Positions 46,169 through 55,117 of a DNA stretch of 64,000 nucleotides are shown here, piece by piece. A model generated the notes under the pieces. It worked only from the letters and a program-made list of their open reading frames with translations, was not told the origin of the DNA and did no database searches. The DNA is from Myxococcota bacterium (lineage in GTDB: Bacteria > Myxococcota_A > UBA9042), in assembly GCA_964201005.1 (NCBI GenBank), contig CAXNCS010000006.1:8143-72142 (forward strand), given 5' to 3'. A program made the translations under genes and the position numbers. Position 1 is the first letter of the stretch; every line of letters begins with the position of its first letter.

Positions 46169-46467
46169 GGCTGCCGGGCGGGCATTGGCTTTCGCCGAAC
46201 GCAACGGCCCAAGGGGTCGCCCAGCAGCGGCCTGCACGCCAACGCGGCGCAGCACGGGCCATGGCGGGTCAGTTGCGCGATTCTGCCGCTCGCATTCGAT
46301 GACCCAGGCCGCTGCTCCAGGACCACCCAGGGCTCGCCGCCGAGCGCTGGCCCTTTGCCAACCGGTGGTTCGCACTGGGCTACCATCGCGGCGCAGCTCG
46401 GGTCTCTCCCCAGCCCCAGGCATCGCTGGTCTCCGGAACCGCCACAGCGAAGGCCGGCATTCGCCCA

Positions 46468-46974
46468 TTGCGGCCCTTGTGGGAGTTCCGGAAAAAGGTT
46501 GCGCCGTTGTCTGAACTTTCGGCCAGTGCCGCTCGCCAGACTGCGCCCGCCGCGGCCCCGCCGGCTATCGGTCGGTTTGGCGGCGCTCATCGCTTGGTTG
46601 CCAAACGCGAATTCACTGCCGCATTGCGCGCGGGCAGGCGTTTGCGCGGCGACCACGTGCAGTTGATCGCCTCACCTCGCCGCGTTCCAGCAGGGCCGCA
46701 GTCGGGAGGGACGCCTGTTCTGCCGAGTCGCTTGGGGCTCTCCGTCAGCAAAGGGGTAGGCAATTCGCCTCAGCGGGCGAGGCTCCGCCGCTTGCTGCGC
46801 GAAGCTTTTCGCGGCTTGCGCGGTCGGCTCAAGGGCGGCTGCGATGTGGTCGTGATCGCCAAGTTGCCCTGGCCCGGCGCTGTGCTGGCCGACGTTTCTG
46901 GCGAAATGGCTGAGCTTTTGAGTCGGATGCGCTTGACGGCCCCCGTCGCAAGGACCGCAGGGGAGGCCCCATGA
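46468..46974 (+). CDS. rnpA: Ribonuclease P protein component
   Basis: Motifs: HRLVAKREFTAALRAGRRLRG, RLGLSVSKGVGNSPQRARLRRLLREAFR. The in-frame stop at 46300-46302 and the lack of ATG/GTG/TTG before 46468 fix the earliest start. The TTG at 46507 is also possible. Confidence 0.8.
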   Translation: MRPLWEFRKKVAPLSELSASAARQTAPAAAPPAIGRFGGAHRLVAKREFTAALRAGRRLRGDHVQLIASPRRVPAGPQSGGTPVLPSRLGLSVSKGVGNSPQRARLRRLLREAFRGLRGRLKGGCDVVVIAKLPWPGAVLADVSGEMAELLSRMRLTAPVARTAGEAP

Positions 46975-47378
46975 TCGAGTCGGCGCTTCCTTCGCCTGCG
47001 GCTCCCTTGGGCCCGAGCCAACGCCTCGCCCGCGCAAGAGGCTGTATCGAGGCCGAGCATGGCCTGCAGCGCCTTCCAGGGCCCCTGCAGAGGCCGATCG
47101 CTTGGCTGCTGCTGCTGCCCGTGCTGGCCTACCGCCGCTTTGTGTCGCGTTGGCTGCCGCCTGCGTGCCGCTTTCATCCGAGTTGCTCGCATTACGCGGT
47201 GTTGGCGCTGGCCCAGCACCGGCCGCCGGTGGCCCTGGCCCTGACGACCTGGCGCTTGCTGCGCTGCCAGCCGCTGAGCCGGGGAGGCCTGGATTGGCCG
47301 CGCCCCGGACCCCATGCCCGCCTTGAGCCCGCCGCAGAGGCGGTTGCGGCTGCGTCCCAGGAGATTGAGAAATCATGA
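46971..47378 (+). CDS. yidD: Membrane protein insertion efficiency factor YidD (extended)
   Basis: YRRFVSRWLPPACRFHPSCSHYAVLALAQH...LLRCQPLSRGGLDWP matches the YidD core Y...iSP....CRF.P.CS.Y......RCHP...GG.D. It overlaps the rnpA stop (ATGA) and the yidC start (ATGA). Confidence 0.8.
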   Translation: MIESALPSPAAPLGPSQRLARARGCIEAEHGLQRLPGPLQRPIAWLLLLPVLAYRRFVSRWLPPACRFHPSCSHYAVLALAQHRPPVALALTTWRLLRCQPLSRGGLDWPRPGPHARLEPAAEAVAAASQEIEKS

Positions 47379-49324
47379 TGGTAAATGCACATCTGGCCGT
47401 CAAGCAAGCGCTGTCGCGGGCCGTGCGATCGGCCAAGACTCCGCTGGCCGGGGGCCTCGCGCTGGCCCTGGCTGCCCCGGCGGCCGCCCTGGCGATCGAC
47501 GCGGCCCCGACGCCTGCTGGCGACGCCGCAGCCGCCACTCCGGTGGCCGCAGCACCGGCTGCTCCAGCCACCCCGGCTGTTGCTCCGGTGGCGCCAACGG
47601 ACGCTGCGGCAAAAGCGCCAGCACCCGCGGCGATCCCAGCGCGGTGCCGCCCCGGGACGGACAACGCCACCCTTGCTTCGGCCAAGGTCGAGTGGCACGT
47701 CTCGCCGTGCTTTGGCGGTATTGCCAAAATCCGATTGCTGGACAAGCAGTTCTCCATGCCGGCGGCCACCCCACCTGCGGGGATGCCGGATTGGGCAGCG
47801 GGCAAATTTGCCGCCGGGCCGCTGGATCTGGTGGGCACCTGGGACGCCCAGTGGGACCCCTTCCGCGAGTTTTTTGACCGCATCGACACCGGCGATCAGC
47901 CCGTCACCGAGCGGACCAGCGGTCAGATCGCGGCGGCCCGCCTGGGCGATCTGGCCAAGCGCGAGACCCGCTGGGGCGTGGTCGAAAAAAACCCCGCCGC
48001 CGTGGTGCTGGCCTGGCCAGATCCGCAGCGCTACGCCAGCCCGCTGTACCTCATCAAGCGCTACTCGCTGGGCCCGGCCGATCAGCCCTATCTCATCAAG
48101 CTCCAGGTGAGCGCGGTCAATGTCGGCAATGCCCCGGCGGTGGTCGGGCTCACTCATGATATCACCGCCTTTCAGCCGCCCGGGACCGAAAGCGGTGGCC
48201 TGCTGTCCATGTTCGCTGCCCCGCCGGACCTCAAGGGCGCGGCGATGCACACGGGCGAAGAGACCATCCGTTTTGACGCCAACGCTCTGGCCACGACCGA
48301 AAAAGCTGAGCGATCGCGCCTGGCTCTGCCGGAGTGGCTGGGGGTTGAGTCGCGCTACTTTCTCATGGCGTCCGCTCCCGTGGAGGGCTTTGCCAAGGAA
48401 AACGACGCCACCCTGATGTCCCTGCCCAACGGCGTGGTGATGGCGCGGCTGGCTTTGGCCCGCGAGACGCTGCCGATGGCCCCAGGCGGCTGCGTGCCGG
48501 CCGAGTTGGCCAGCGTTCTCCAACGCCCCGCGTGCTCAGAAAAGGACAAGCCCGCCCACATGCACACTTGGCTGTGGGAGCTCTACACCGGCCCCAAAGA
48601 TGTCGAGCAGCTCAAGCCCGCCGGCCGCGGCCTGGTAGAAAGTATTGATTTTGGCTGGTTTGGCTCGATTGCCTTGCCGATGCTGTGGGTGCTGCGCAAG
48701 GGCCACGACGTCTCCGGCAGCTGGCCCGTGGCGATCCTGTTGCTGACCCTGCTCGTCAAGGCCCTGCTGTGGCCGGTGACGATGAAGTCGATGCGCTCGA
48801 TGAAGAAGATGAGCCAGCTCAAGCCAGAGCTCGACAAACTCCGCGCAGACATGGAGGAAAAGGCCAAGAAGCTCGGCAAGGCCGTCGATCCGCAGGAGAT
48901 CAACAAGGCGACCTTTGACCTGTACCGCCAGCACAACGTCAATCCGGTGGGCGGTTGCCTGCCGCTGTTGTTGCAGATGCCGGTGTATATTGCGCTTTAT
49001 CGGGCGATCAACGCCTCCGTCTCGCTGTACAATCAGCCGCTCTTTGGCTGGATCGGCGACATGACCCAGAAAGACCCGTACTATGTCCTGCCGCTGGTGC
49101 TGGGCGTGGTGATGTTCCTGCAGCAGAAGCTCACGCCTCAGGCGGCGGGCGCCGATCCGGCCCAGCAAAAGATGATGCTCTACTTCATGCCGGTGCTGTT
49201 CACGCTGATGATGCTGGGCTTGCCTTCAGGCCTGACCCTCTACATCCTGGCCAACACGGCGCTGTCGGTGCTACAGACCGTGGTGATGCAGCGCTCGGAC
49301 GTGCCCGCGGGCAAGCCGGCTTAA
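47375..49324 (+). CDS. yidC: Membrane protein insertase YidC
   Basis: 649 aa: a large periplasmic domain followed by SWPVAILLLTLLVKALLWPVTMKSMRSMKKMSQLKPELDKL and GCLPLLLQMPVYIALYRAI. Confidence 0.9.
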   Translation: MMVNAHLAVKQALSRAVRSAKTPLAGGLALALAAPAAALAIDAAPTPAGDAAAATPVAAAPAAPATPAVAPVAPTDAAAKAPAPAAIPARCRPGTDNATLASAKVEWHVSPCFGGIAKIRLLDKQFSMPAATPPAGMPDWAAGKFAAGPLDLVGTWDAQWDPFREFFDRIDTGDQPVTERTSGQIAAARLGDLAKRETRWGVVEKNPAAVVLAWPDPQRYASPLYLIKRYSLGPADQPYLIKLQVSAVNVGNAPAVVGLTHDITAFQPPGTESGGLLSMFAAPPDLKGAAMHTGEETIRFDANALATTEKAERSRLALPEWLGVESRYFLMASAPVEGFAKENDATLMSLPNGVVMARLALARETLPMAPGGCVPAELASVLQRPACSEKDKPAHMHTWLWELYTGPKDVEQLKPAGRGLVESIDFGWFGSIALPMLWVLRKGHDVSGSWPVAILLLTLLVKALLWPVTMKSMRSMKKMSQLKPELDKLRADMEEKAKKLGKAVDPQEINKATFDLYRQHNVNPVGGCLPLLLQMPVYIALYRAINASVSLYNQPLFGWIGDMTQKDPYYVLPLVLGVVMFLQQKLTPQAAGADPAQQKMMLYFMPVLFTLMMLGLPSGLTLYILANTALSVLQTVVMQRSDVPAGKPA

Positions 49325-49363
49325 CGCCTGAATTTTATAGGCCCCTTCGGCCTCGCGCCGACC

Positions 49364-50023
49364 GTGACTTTGGAGTGCGCCATGACCGCTGAACCCCAGG
49401 CCCCAGAGATGGACACCGCCAGCGCCGCGGACGGCGATGATGAGGACGGAGGCGGACTTCGCCTGCACGTCTCGCTGGAAGAAAAAATCGACATCGCCCG
49501 CACCACCGCCCAGCAGATCTTTGAACTGCTCGGCGCCGGCGTGCCGCAGATCGAGGTCGGCGTAGAAGAGGACCAGATCGTCGTGCGCCTGCAGAATGTC
49601 AGCCCTCTGCTGCAGCCCGCTGGCGACACGCGGGTGCTGGAGTCGACGCAGTTCATCCTCAACAAGGCCGTCAACAAGCTCGCTCTCAAGCGCACCCGGC
49701 TTTCCCTGGACGCGGAGGGATTTCGCCGCCGTCGACCGGAAGGGCTCGACAAGGTCGCCGCCGAGCTGGTGCGCAAGGCCCTGCAGTTGGGCAAAGCCAT
49801 CAGCGTTGGTCCGATTGGCCAAGGGGATTTGCGCTTCCTGACCCACCAAATCGGCCGCAGCGCTGGCGTTGTGGCCCAGGCCGTGGGGCCGCAGGAGCGG
49901 CGCAAGCTGCTGATCGCCCCAGAGCAGCCGGTGGATGGCGCTGTTGAAGGCGAGGAAGGCGACGACACGGGCGATGCGGCTGGCAGCGCGGGCAATCGCC
50001 GCCGCCGCCGCCGCCGCCGCTAG
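49364..50023 (+). CDS. jag: Jag/KhpB-like RNA-binding protein (KH + R3H) with poly-Arg tail
   Basis: It holds the conserved position after yidC. Motifs: LSLDAEGFRRRRPEGLDKVAAELVRKALQLGKAISVGPIGQGDLRFLTHQI (R3H-like). It ends NRRRRRRRR. The start may be ATG 49382. Confidence 0.7.
   Translation: MTLECAMTAEPQAPEMDTASAADGDDEDGGGLRLHVSLEEKIDIARTTAQQIFELLGAGVPQIEVGVEEDQIVVRLQNVSPLLQPAGDTRVLESTQFILNKAVNKLALKRTRLSLDAEGFRRRRPEGLDKVAAELVRKALQLGKAISVGPIGQGDLRFLTHQIGRSAGVVAQAVGPQERRKLLIAPEQPVDGAVEGEEGDDTGDAAGSAGNRRRRRRRR
49997..50020 (+). repeat. (CGC)8 trinucleotide repeat encoding the C-terminal Arg8 of Jag
   Basis: aat cgc cgc cgc cgc cgc cgc cgc cgc tag, read directly. Confidence 0.9.
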
Positions 50024-50206
50024 GCGCTCAGCTCTGCACGTCCGTTGATCCCGATAGCCAATTGCAGCAGCTCAGACTGCTGTCGGTTTGCCGTGCCGTG
50101 ACCACCGCGGAAGTCATTGGCGCGCGAGCCGGCAGGGGCCTCGCCTGCGTGATCAGCACAGCCGGCAATTGGACCCGAGAAAAATCGACTCGGTTTGACA
50201 AGGCCC

Positions 50207-50746
50207 TTAGGAGCGCACCAATTTGTCCAGGTAGGCGTTGAGGTCGCTCACGACCTGGGTCATGCGGTCGCCAAACTCCTTGTCCTTTGCGCCCCATTCG
50301 AGGATGGCCCGCTCAAGCTCAGCGGCCAACTTCTTCTCGTCGTTGCCATTTTTCTTGGCCGCTTTGATGCGATCGACCAGCGCGTTGGTGGCCTTGGTGT
50401 AGTCGTCCATCGCCGTGCGCAGCTCGCCGTGGATCTCGCCCAGTTTGCCTTCGGGCGTCTTCTGAGCTTCGACATTGTCGTGCAGCCGCTGGACCACTGG
50501 CAGCAGGCCGGCTTGAAAGAGCCCCAGCATGGCATCGACGTCATCCGCCGCAACCAGTTGTTCGCGCACGCGGTTCATGGTGCGCAGCTCTGGTTCCGTG
50601 GTTTTGAGAAAGTCGCGATAGCCGCGAACCTGGTCGAACTCGGCGTTGCCGCAGCCGGCAAGGCTGCTCAGGACCAGCCACGCGCTGGCCAGCCACACCG
50701 CAAAAAGCTGCCCACGCCGGCGAAGTTGCGCGGGGGCAGCGGTCAT
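50207..50746 (-). CDS. Hypothetical helical lipoprotein
   Basis: Start at MTAAPAQLRRRGQLFAVWLASAWLVLSSLAGC (lipobox LAGC) within ORF 50207..50785. The body is helical and K/E/A-rich. Confidence 0.5.
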   Translation of the reverse strand: MTAAPAQLRRRGQLFAVWLASAWLVLSSLAGCGNAEFDQVRGYRDFLKTTEPELRTMNRVREQLVAADDVDAMLGLFQAGLLPVVQRLHDNVEAQKTPEGKLGEIHGELRTAMDDYTKATNALVDRIKAAKKNGNDEKKLAAELERAILEWGAKDKEFGDRMTQVVSDLNAYLDKLVRS

Positions 50747-50991
50747 GGGATCAACGCCAGGGACTTGGTTCATTGCGGCTTCCATGGGCGAGGGATTCCG
50801 TTGACCCCTTTGGGGGCTCGACGCGAACAGTGGCCAAGCCTAGCCTGACCCATGCGGCGACGCAACCGCCGCCCACTGACCGGGTTGCGCCCCCAGCGGC
50901 GAATTCGCCGGCGCGGCCGACTTGACCCCAAGCGCGGCCTCCGGGATAACCGCCCTCGCGCCCGTCCTGCGATCGGCGCTGTGGAGCAATT

Positions 50992-51414
50992 ATGGCCGTT
51001 CCGGCAATCGCCCCCTTTGGCATTCACCACCTGGCTATCCAATGCCGCGACCTGCCGACGATGGCGCGGTTCTATGAAAAAGTCCTGCGCTTGCGCGTGG
51101 AGCGCCGCTGGCCGGCCGAGGATGGGCGCACCGACCGATCGGTGTGGCTGCGCCTGGGAGCGAGCGTCTTGGCGCTGGAGACCTGTGGCGGCGAACCTGT
51201 GCCCGCCGAGTGGCGCTCGCCGCAGCCCGGCCTCCACCTTTTGGCGCTGGAAATCCCCTGGGCCAATCGGGCGGTGTGGTTGGCTCACTTGGCCCACCAC
51301 GGCGTTGACGTCGTGTATGAGAGTCCGTGGACGATCTATGTGCGCGATCCCGAAGGCAATCGCATCGGGCTTTCGCACTTTCCCTTTGATGTCAACGGAC
51401 AACGCACCGCTTGA
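50992..51414 (+). CDS. VOC-family (glyoxalase/bleomycin-resistance/dioxygenase fold) protein
   Basis: Motifs: GIHHLAIQCRDLPTMARFYEKVLRLRV, HLLALEIP, IYVRDPEGNRIGLSHFP. Confidence 0.8.
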   Translation: MAVPAIAPFGIHHLAIQCRDLPTMARFYEKVLRLRVERRWPAEDGRTDRSVWLRLGASVLALETCGGEPVPAEWRSPQPGLHLLALEIPWANRAVWLAHLAHHGVDVVYESPWTIYVRDPEGNRIGLSHFPFDVNGQRTA

Positions 51415-51656
51415 GCCGATCGCCGCACCCGAGCCTGCAGCTGTGAAAGTGTGTGTGCGGAGGGGCGCCAGCGCTGCCCTGGCGATGCTCGCTTGCTCGC
51501 CCCACCGGCAGCTCTCTTGACCGATGAGCCTGTTAATTCTCTGGTTTGCAGAGGCCAGCAGGAAATTGGCGCGACCGCCGCGGCCGGTCGGTGCGGGGGC
51601 GCTGCGGAACCTGCGGTCATTCGTCCCCGTCGTTTGAGCTTTTCCTCACGGCGTGC

Positions 51657-51686
51657 TTGCCCCGCTGAACGAACCCGGCCTATGAT
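51657..51686 (+). promoter_or_regulatory. Possible sigma70-type promoter for the pseudokinase gene
   Basis: TTGCCC (51657-51662), an 18-nt spacer, then TATGAT (51681-51686), 43 nt upstream of ATG 51729. The match is by eye only. Confidence 0.3.
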
Positions 51687-51728
51687 CAATGGTCGCGCGG
51701 GTACCCCGCCTGCCCAGGAAAACGATCG

Positions 51729-54413
51729 ATGAGCGGTCGCATCGCCGAACGGTTCACACAAATTGTCGCCCTCGAGACGGGCAAGCTCGGCACGTTGTCG
51801 CGCGCCGTCGACGAGCAGTTGGGGGCCCCCGCCCTGATCCTGCAGCTCGCCGACCACGCTGTACGCGACCCCGCCGCGCTCGACGCACTGATCGCGGATA
51901 ACCGCCGCCTCAGCGGCTGCGCTCACGCCTTGATCAGCTACGCCTGGGGCGAGTCCGACGGCCAAACCTGGATCGCCAGCGAAGCCAGCGACGGCGTGCT
52001 CGTCGAAGAGGTACTCAAGCGCCGCGACAAGCTCGAAATGCCGCAGTTGCTTCGCGTCGCCCGCGCACTGGCCGAGGCGGCGCAAGCGTCGGCGGCTGCC
52101 GGAGTCGAGCACCTGGACTTGGGGCCGCACCGGCTGATCGCGGACGGCGAAGGTCTGCAAGGGGCGATTCGCGCGTTTGGCTTTGGCTGGTGGCGGTTAT
52201 TGCCAGCTGTGGGGCCGACACCGGGAGAGCTGTTTTACGGCGCCCCGGAGTACCTGGCTGCAGAAATCTGCAAGGGCCACGCGGGTACGGCGGCCTCCGA
52301 CATCTATTCTGCGGCCACTGCGGTGTGGACCCTGGCGGCGGCCAAGCCGCCCTTCCAGTCGAGCCAGCCGCTGATGACCCTCAAGCGCCAAGCGGTGGAA
52401 AAGCCGTTGCGCCTGGACTTGGTCAAGCCGGGTCTCAAGGGTGTCAAGGAATTGCAGGGCTTGGTCGTCGAGGCGCTCGACAAGGACCCGGCCAAACGTC
52501 CCACGGCGACCGCTTGGCTGGCGGCGATTGACGCGCTTGCGGCGACCTGGAGTCCCGGCCTCGGCACCTGCGATCTGCCTGCGCAGCGCGCGGCGGCGTT
52601 GGCGGCCCCGGTGGCTCCTACTGCTCCTGCGGTGGCGGTCGCGCCAGAGCCCGTGCCTGCTCCCGCACCCGAGCCTGCCCCCGCATCCGAGCCTGCCCCC
52701 GCATCCGAGCCGACAGCGGCGCCTGCGGCTGCTGCGGCCCCAGAGGCCACACCGGCTCCAGAGCCCGCGCCGGCCCCAGAGCCTGCCGCTGCGCCTGAGC
52801 CCACCTCTGCCCCTGAGCCCACGCCGGCCGCCGCACCAGCTCCGGCCGCAGCGCCGGCTCCAGAGGCTCTGACGGCAGCTGAAGTCAGCGACGAAGAGGA
52901 CGACGAAGGCGAAGCCGAAGCGGCTCCGGGCACCGTTCAGGCGGGGCGCTCGGGCAAGAAGGGTAAGAAAGGTAAGAAAGACAAGCAGATGCCTGCGGCC
53001 GCTCAGACCTCCAAGGTCGAGGCTCGTCCGGCGGCGGTCCCTGCCAAGATCGAGATCGCCAAGACGGAGCCGGCCAAAGTCGAGCCGGCCAAAGTGGAAC
53101 CGGCCAAGACCGAATCGACAAAAGTCGAGCCCGCCAAGGCGGACCTAGCCAAAACCCAGCAGGCCAAGCCTGACCCCGCAAAGGTCGAGCCCCCCAAGTC
53201 GGCGCCGCCTCAGGCCTCGGCCAAAGTGGACACCTCCAAGGCGGCGAGTGGCGGACTGCGCGAGGTCAAGACCACCGATCGCGTGCGGGTCGAGGCGATG
53301 CACGAGTCGGCGTTCTTTGAGGCCGATCACGAGCCGCCCAAGGATCTGCACCTGCAAGGCCCGCCGGTGCCGCCGCCGACCAAGGTCAGCAAGCCGCTTC
53401 TGGCGCTGCTGGGGCTTTTTGCCTTGGCGATGGTGGTTACGGCTGGTGTCATGATGATGCAGGAGCCGCCTCAGGAAGCTGTGGCCGCCAAGGTGGAAGA
53501 ACCTGCGGAGCCCGCGGCGCCGATCGCCGAGCCCGCTCCGCCTCCGGCCCCAGTTGAGCCCACGCCGGCCGCGGCAGTCGCCCCAGTGGCGCCGCCCGCG
53601 CCGAGCGAAGCCGATGCGTCGGCCGAAGGGGCCGCTGCGGTGGCTCCGGACGTTGCCGCCGCGGTTGCGCCGCCCCCAGCCCCGGTAGAGGATCCGGCCG
53701 TCAAGGCCAAAGCCCTGGTGGACGAAGGAGAAGGGCTGCTGCGCGACAAGAACGCCGAGGCCGCGCTGGCCAAGGCCAAAGACGCCCTGACGGCCAATCC
53801 AGGCTTTGCTCCGGCGGCGGCGCTACAGGCGCGGGCTGAGGCGGCGGTTGCGGAAGCGGCCAAAGCTGCGGCTGCCCAGGACGAGCAGGCCAAGGCTGCC
53901 CAGGCCAAGCAAGCTGCGGTTGACGAAGCCAAGCGCAAGGCCGACGAAGCCGCCGCTCAGAAGGCCGAAGCCGAGCGGCAAAAGACCGCCGAAGCGGACG
54001 CAAAGAAAGCCGCGGCGCAAGAGGCAAAGAAGGCCATGGCCGAGGCAGCTGCGGCTAAGGCGGCTCAGGCCAAGGCGGCGGCTGAAGAAGCTGCAGCGGC
54101 ACGCAAAGCCGCGGAAGCCAAGAAAGCCGCAGAGTCCAAGCCGGTTCCCGCAGTCAAGAAGGATCCGCCGCCGGTCAAGAAGGATCCGCCCGTCGTTGCG
54201 GCCAAGGATCCGGCGCCCGCCAAGCCTGCCGCTGCGGAGCCGAGCGATGATCAAAAGGAAGCCGCCAAGTTCGCAGCGCTGGGCCAGAAGGCCCCGAGCC
54301 CCAAGCTCAAAGTGCTCTACCTGCGCAAGGCGACGGAGAAGGACCCGGGCAACGGCAAGTACAAGTCGATGCTCAAGCAGGCCGAAGACGAGTTGGCCAA
54401 GCAACAGCCGTAG
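51729..54413 (+). CDS. Membrane-anchored Ser/Thr-kinase-like pseudokinase with long Ala/Pro/Glu/Lys low-complexity regions
   Basis: Hanks-type fold with degenerate catalytic motifs: ALILQL replaces VAIK, HLDLGPHRL replaces HRDLKP.N and AFGFG replaces DFG. APEYLAAE, SDIYSAA and DPAKRPTA are retained. TM helix PLLALLGLFALAMVVTAGVMMM sits at 53393-53460. The tail is TolA-like and A/K/E-rich. Confidence 0.75.
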   Translation: MSGRIAERFTQIVALETGKLGTLSRAVDEQLGAPALILQLADHAVRDPAALDALIADNRRLSGCAHALISYAWGESDGQTWIASEASDGVLVEEVLKRRDKLEMPQLLRVARALAEAAQASAAAGVEHLDLGPHRLIADGEGLQGAIRAFGFGWWRLLPAVGPTPGELFYGAPEYLAAEICKGHAGTAASDIYSAATAVWTLAAAKPPFQSSQPLMTLKRQAVEKPLRLDLVKPGLKGVKELQGLVVEALDKDPAKRPTATAWLAAIDALAATWSPGLGTCDLPAQRAAALAAPVAPTAPAVAVAPEPVPAPAPEPAPASEPAPASEPTAAPAAAAAPEATPAPEPAPAPEPAAAPEPTSAPEPTPAAAPAPAAAPAPEALTAAEVSDEEDDEGEAEAAPGTVQAGRSGKKGKKGKKDKQMPAAAQTSKVEARPAAVPAKIEIAKTEPAKVEPAKVEPAKTESTKVEPAKADLAKTQQAKPDPAKVEPPKSAPPQASAKVDTSKAASGGLREVKTTDRVRVEAMHESAFFEADHEPPKDLHLQGPPVPPPTKVSKPLLALLGLFALAMVVTAGVMMMQEPPQEAVAAKVEEPAEPAAPIAEPAPPPAPVEPTPAAAVAPVAPPAPSEADASAEGAAAVAPDVAAAVAPPPAPVEDPAVKAKALVDEGEGLLRDKNAEAALAKAKDALTANPGFAPAAALQARAEAAVAEAAKAAAAQDEQAKAAQAKQAAVDEAKRKADEAAAQKAEAERQKTAEADAKKAAAQEAKKAMAEAAAAKAAQAKAAAEEAAAARKAAEAKKAAESKPVPAVKKDPPPVKKDPPVVAAKDPAPAKPAAAEPSDDQKEAAKFAALGQKAPSPKLKVLYLRKATEKDPGNGKYKSMLKQAEDELAKQQP

Positions 54414-54628
54414 CCGGCGGAGGGCGGTGCGCGGGAGATGGCTGACAGCCGTGTCATGCTGACGCGATTCCCGGGCCCCCTTGCTCATTGGCGCGAGCTG
54501 ACACAATGCATTGGCATGCCTTGAAAAAACTCGAAAGCGCCCTGGGCCCGCCGCAGGTTGGCACGCTTCTCGCTACACAAGCGGGGCAGCGACGGTTCCG
54601 GGGTTGGCGGCAGGTGCTGGCAGCCCGG

Positions 54629-55117
54629 ATGGGACGGTCGCTGGTCTACCTGGGGTGCCTGGGTTCGCTGCTGCTGGCGGGCTGCATCGTACCCGCCCCG
54701 GTGGACGACGGAGTCCAAGCCGTGCCGCCTATCGTCTTGATCAAGAAAGAGAAACTTGACCCCAAGCTGCTCGAGCCCGTGCTGATCTCGCGGGCGTCGG
54801 AGGATGGCCGGGGCTTCAGCGCGCGCTCTGCGGTGGTGACTGCGGGAGGCGTAGCGTCGCTGAATTACTACTGGTATTACGACTTTGACCCGACGGATGG
54901 CGGCAACCTCGACAAGTACTCGATCTGCGGCAACCAGGACCAGTGCACAGTGTTCCCGTGCCAGCTGGTCAGCTATAGCCAGGACCAGCACGAGCTGATG
55001 CTGGTGGTGTCCAACAAGCCCCGCAATGACAAGCCTACGAATCCACATGATTTTCCTGAAGGAACGGCCCTGGACATGGCAGTGTGGACCCTGCAGTTGG
55101 AGGACGCATGCAAGTGA
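54629..55117 (+). CDS. Small hypothetical lipoprotein
   Basis: Start at MGRSLVYLGCLGSLLLAGC (lipobox) within ORF 54488..55117. It overlaps the next gene's start by 10 nt. Confidence 0.5.
   Translation: MGRSLVYLGCLGSLLLAGCIVPAPVDDGVQAVPPIVLIKKEKLDPKLLEPVLISRASEDGRGFSARSAVVTAGGVASLNYYWYYDFDPTDGGNLDKYSICGNQDQCTVFPCQLVSYSQDQHELMLVVSNKPRNDKPTNPHDFPEGTALDMAVWTLQLEDACK

Noticed and set aside
46672-48523. Minus-strand ORFs 46672..47889 (405 aa) and 47192..48523 (443 aa)
   Set aside because: They are antisense to rnpA, yidD and yidC, which are clearly recognisable on the + strand.
52600-52900. Periodic Pro/Ala/Glu-coding repeats (also 14890-14967 and 63355-63415) considered as a possible CRISPR or VNTR array
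   Set aside because: The units are 6-15 nt, in frame, and encode low-complexity linkers (PAPEPA, AAPAAPA, APAP). There is no repeat-spacer structure of CRISPR size and there are no cas genes.
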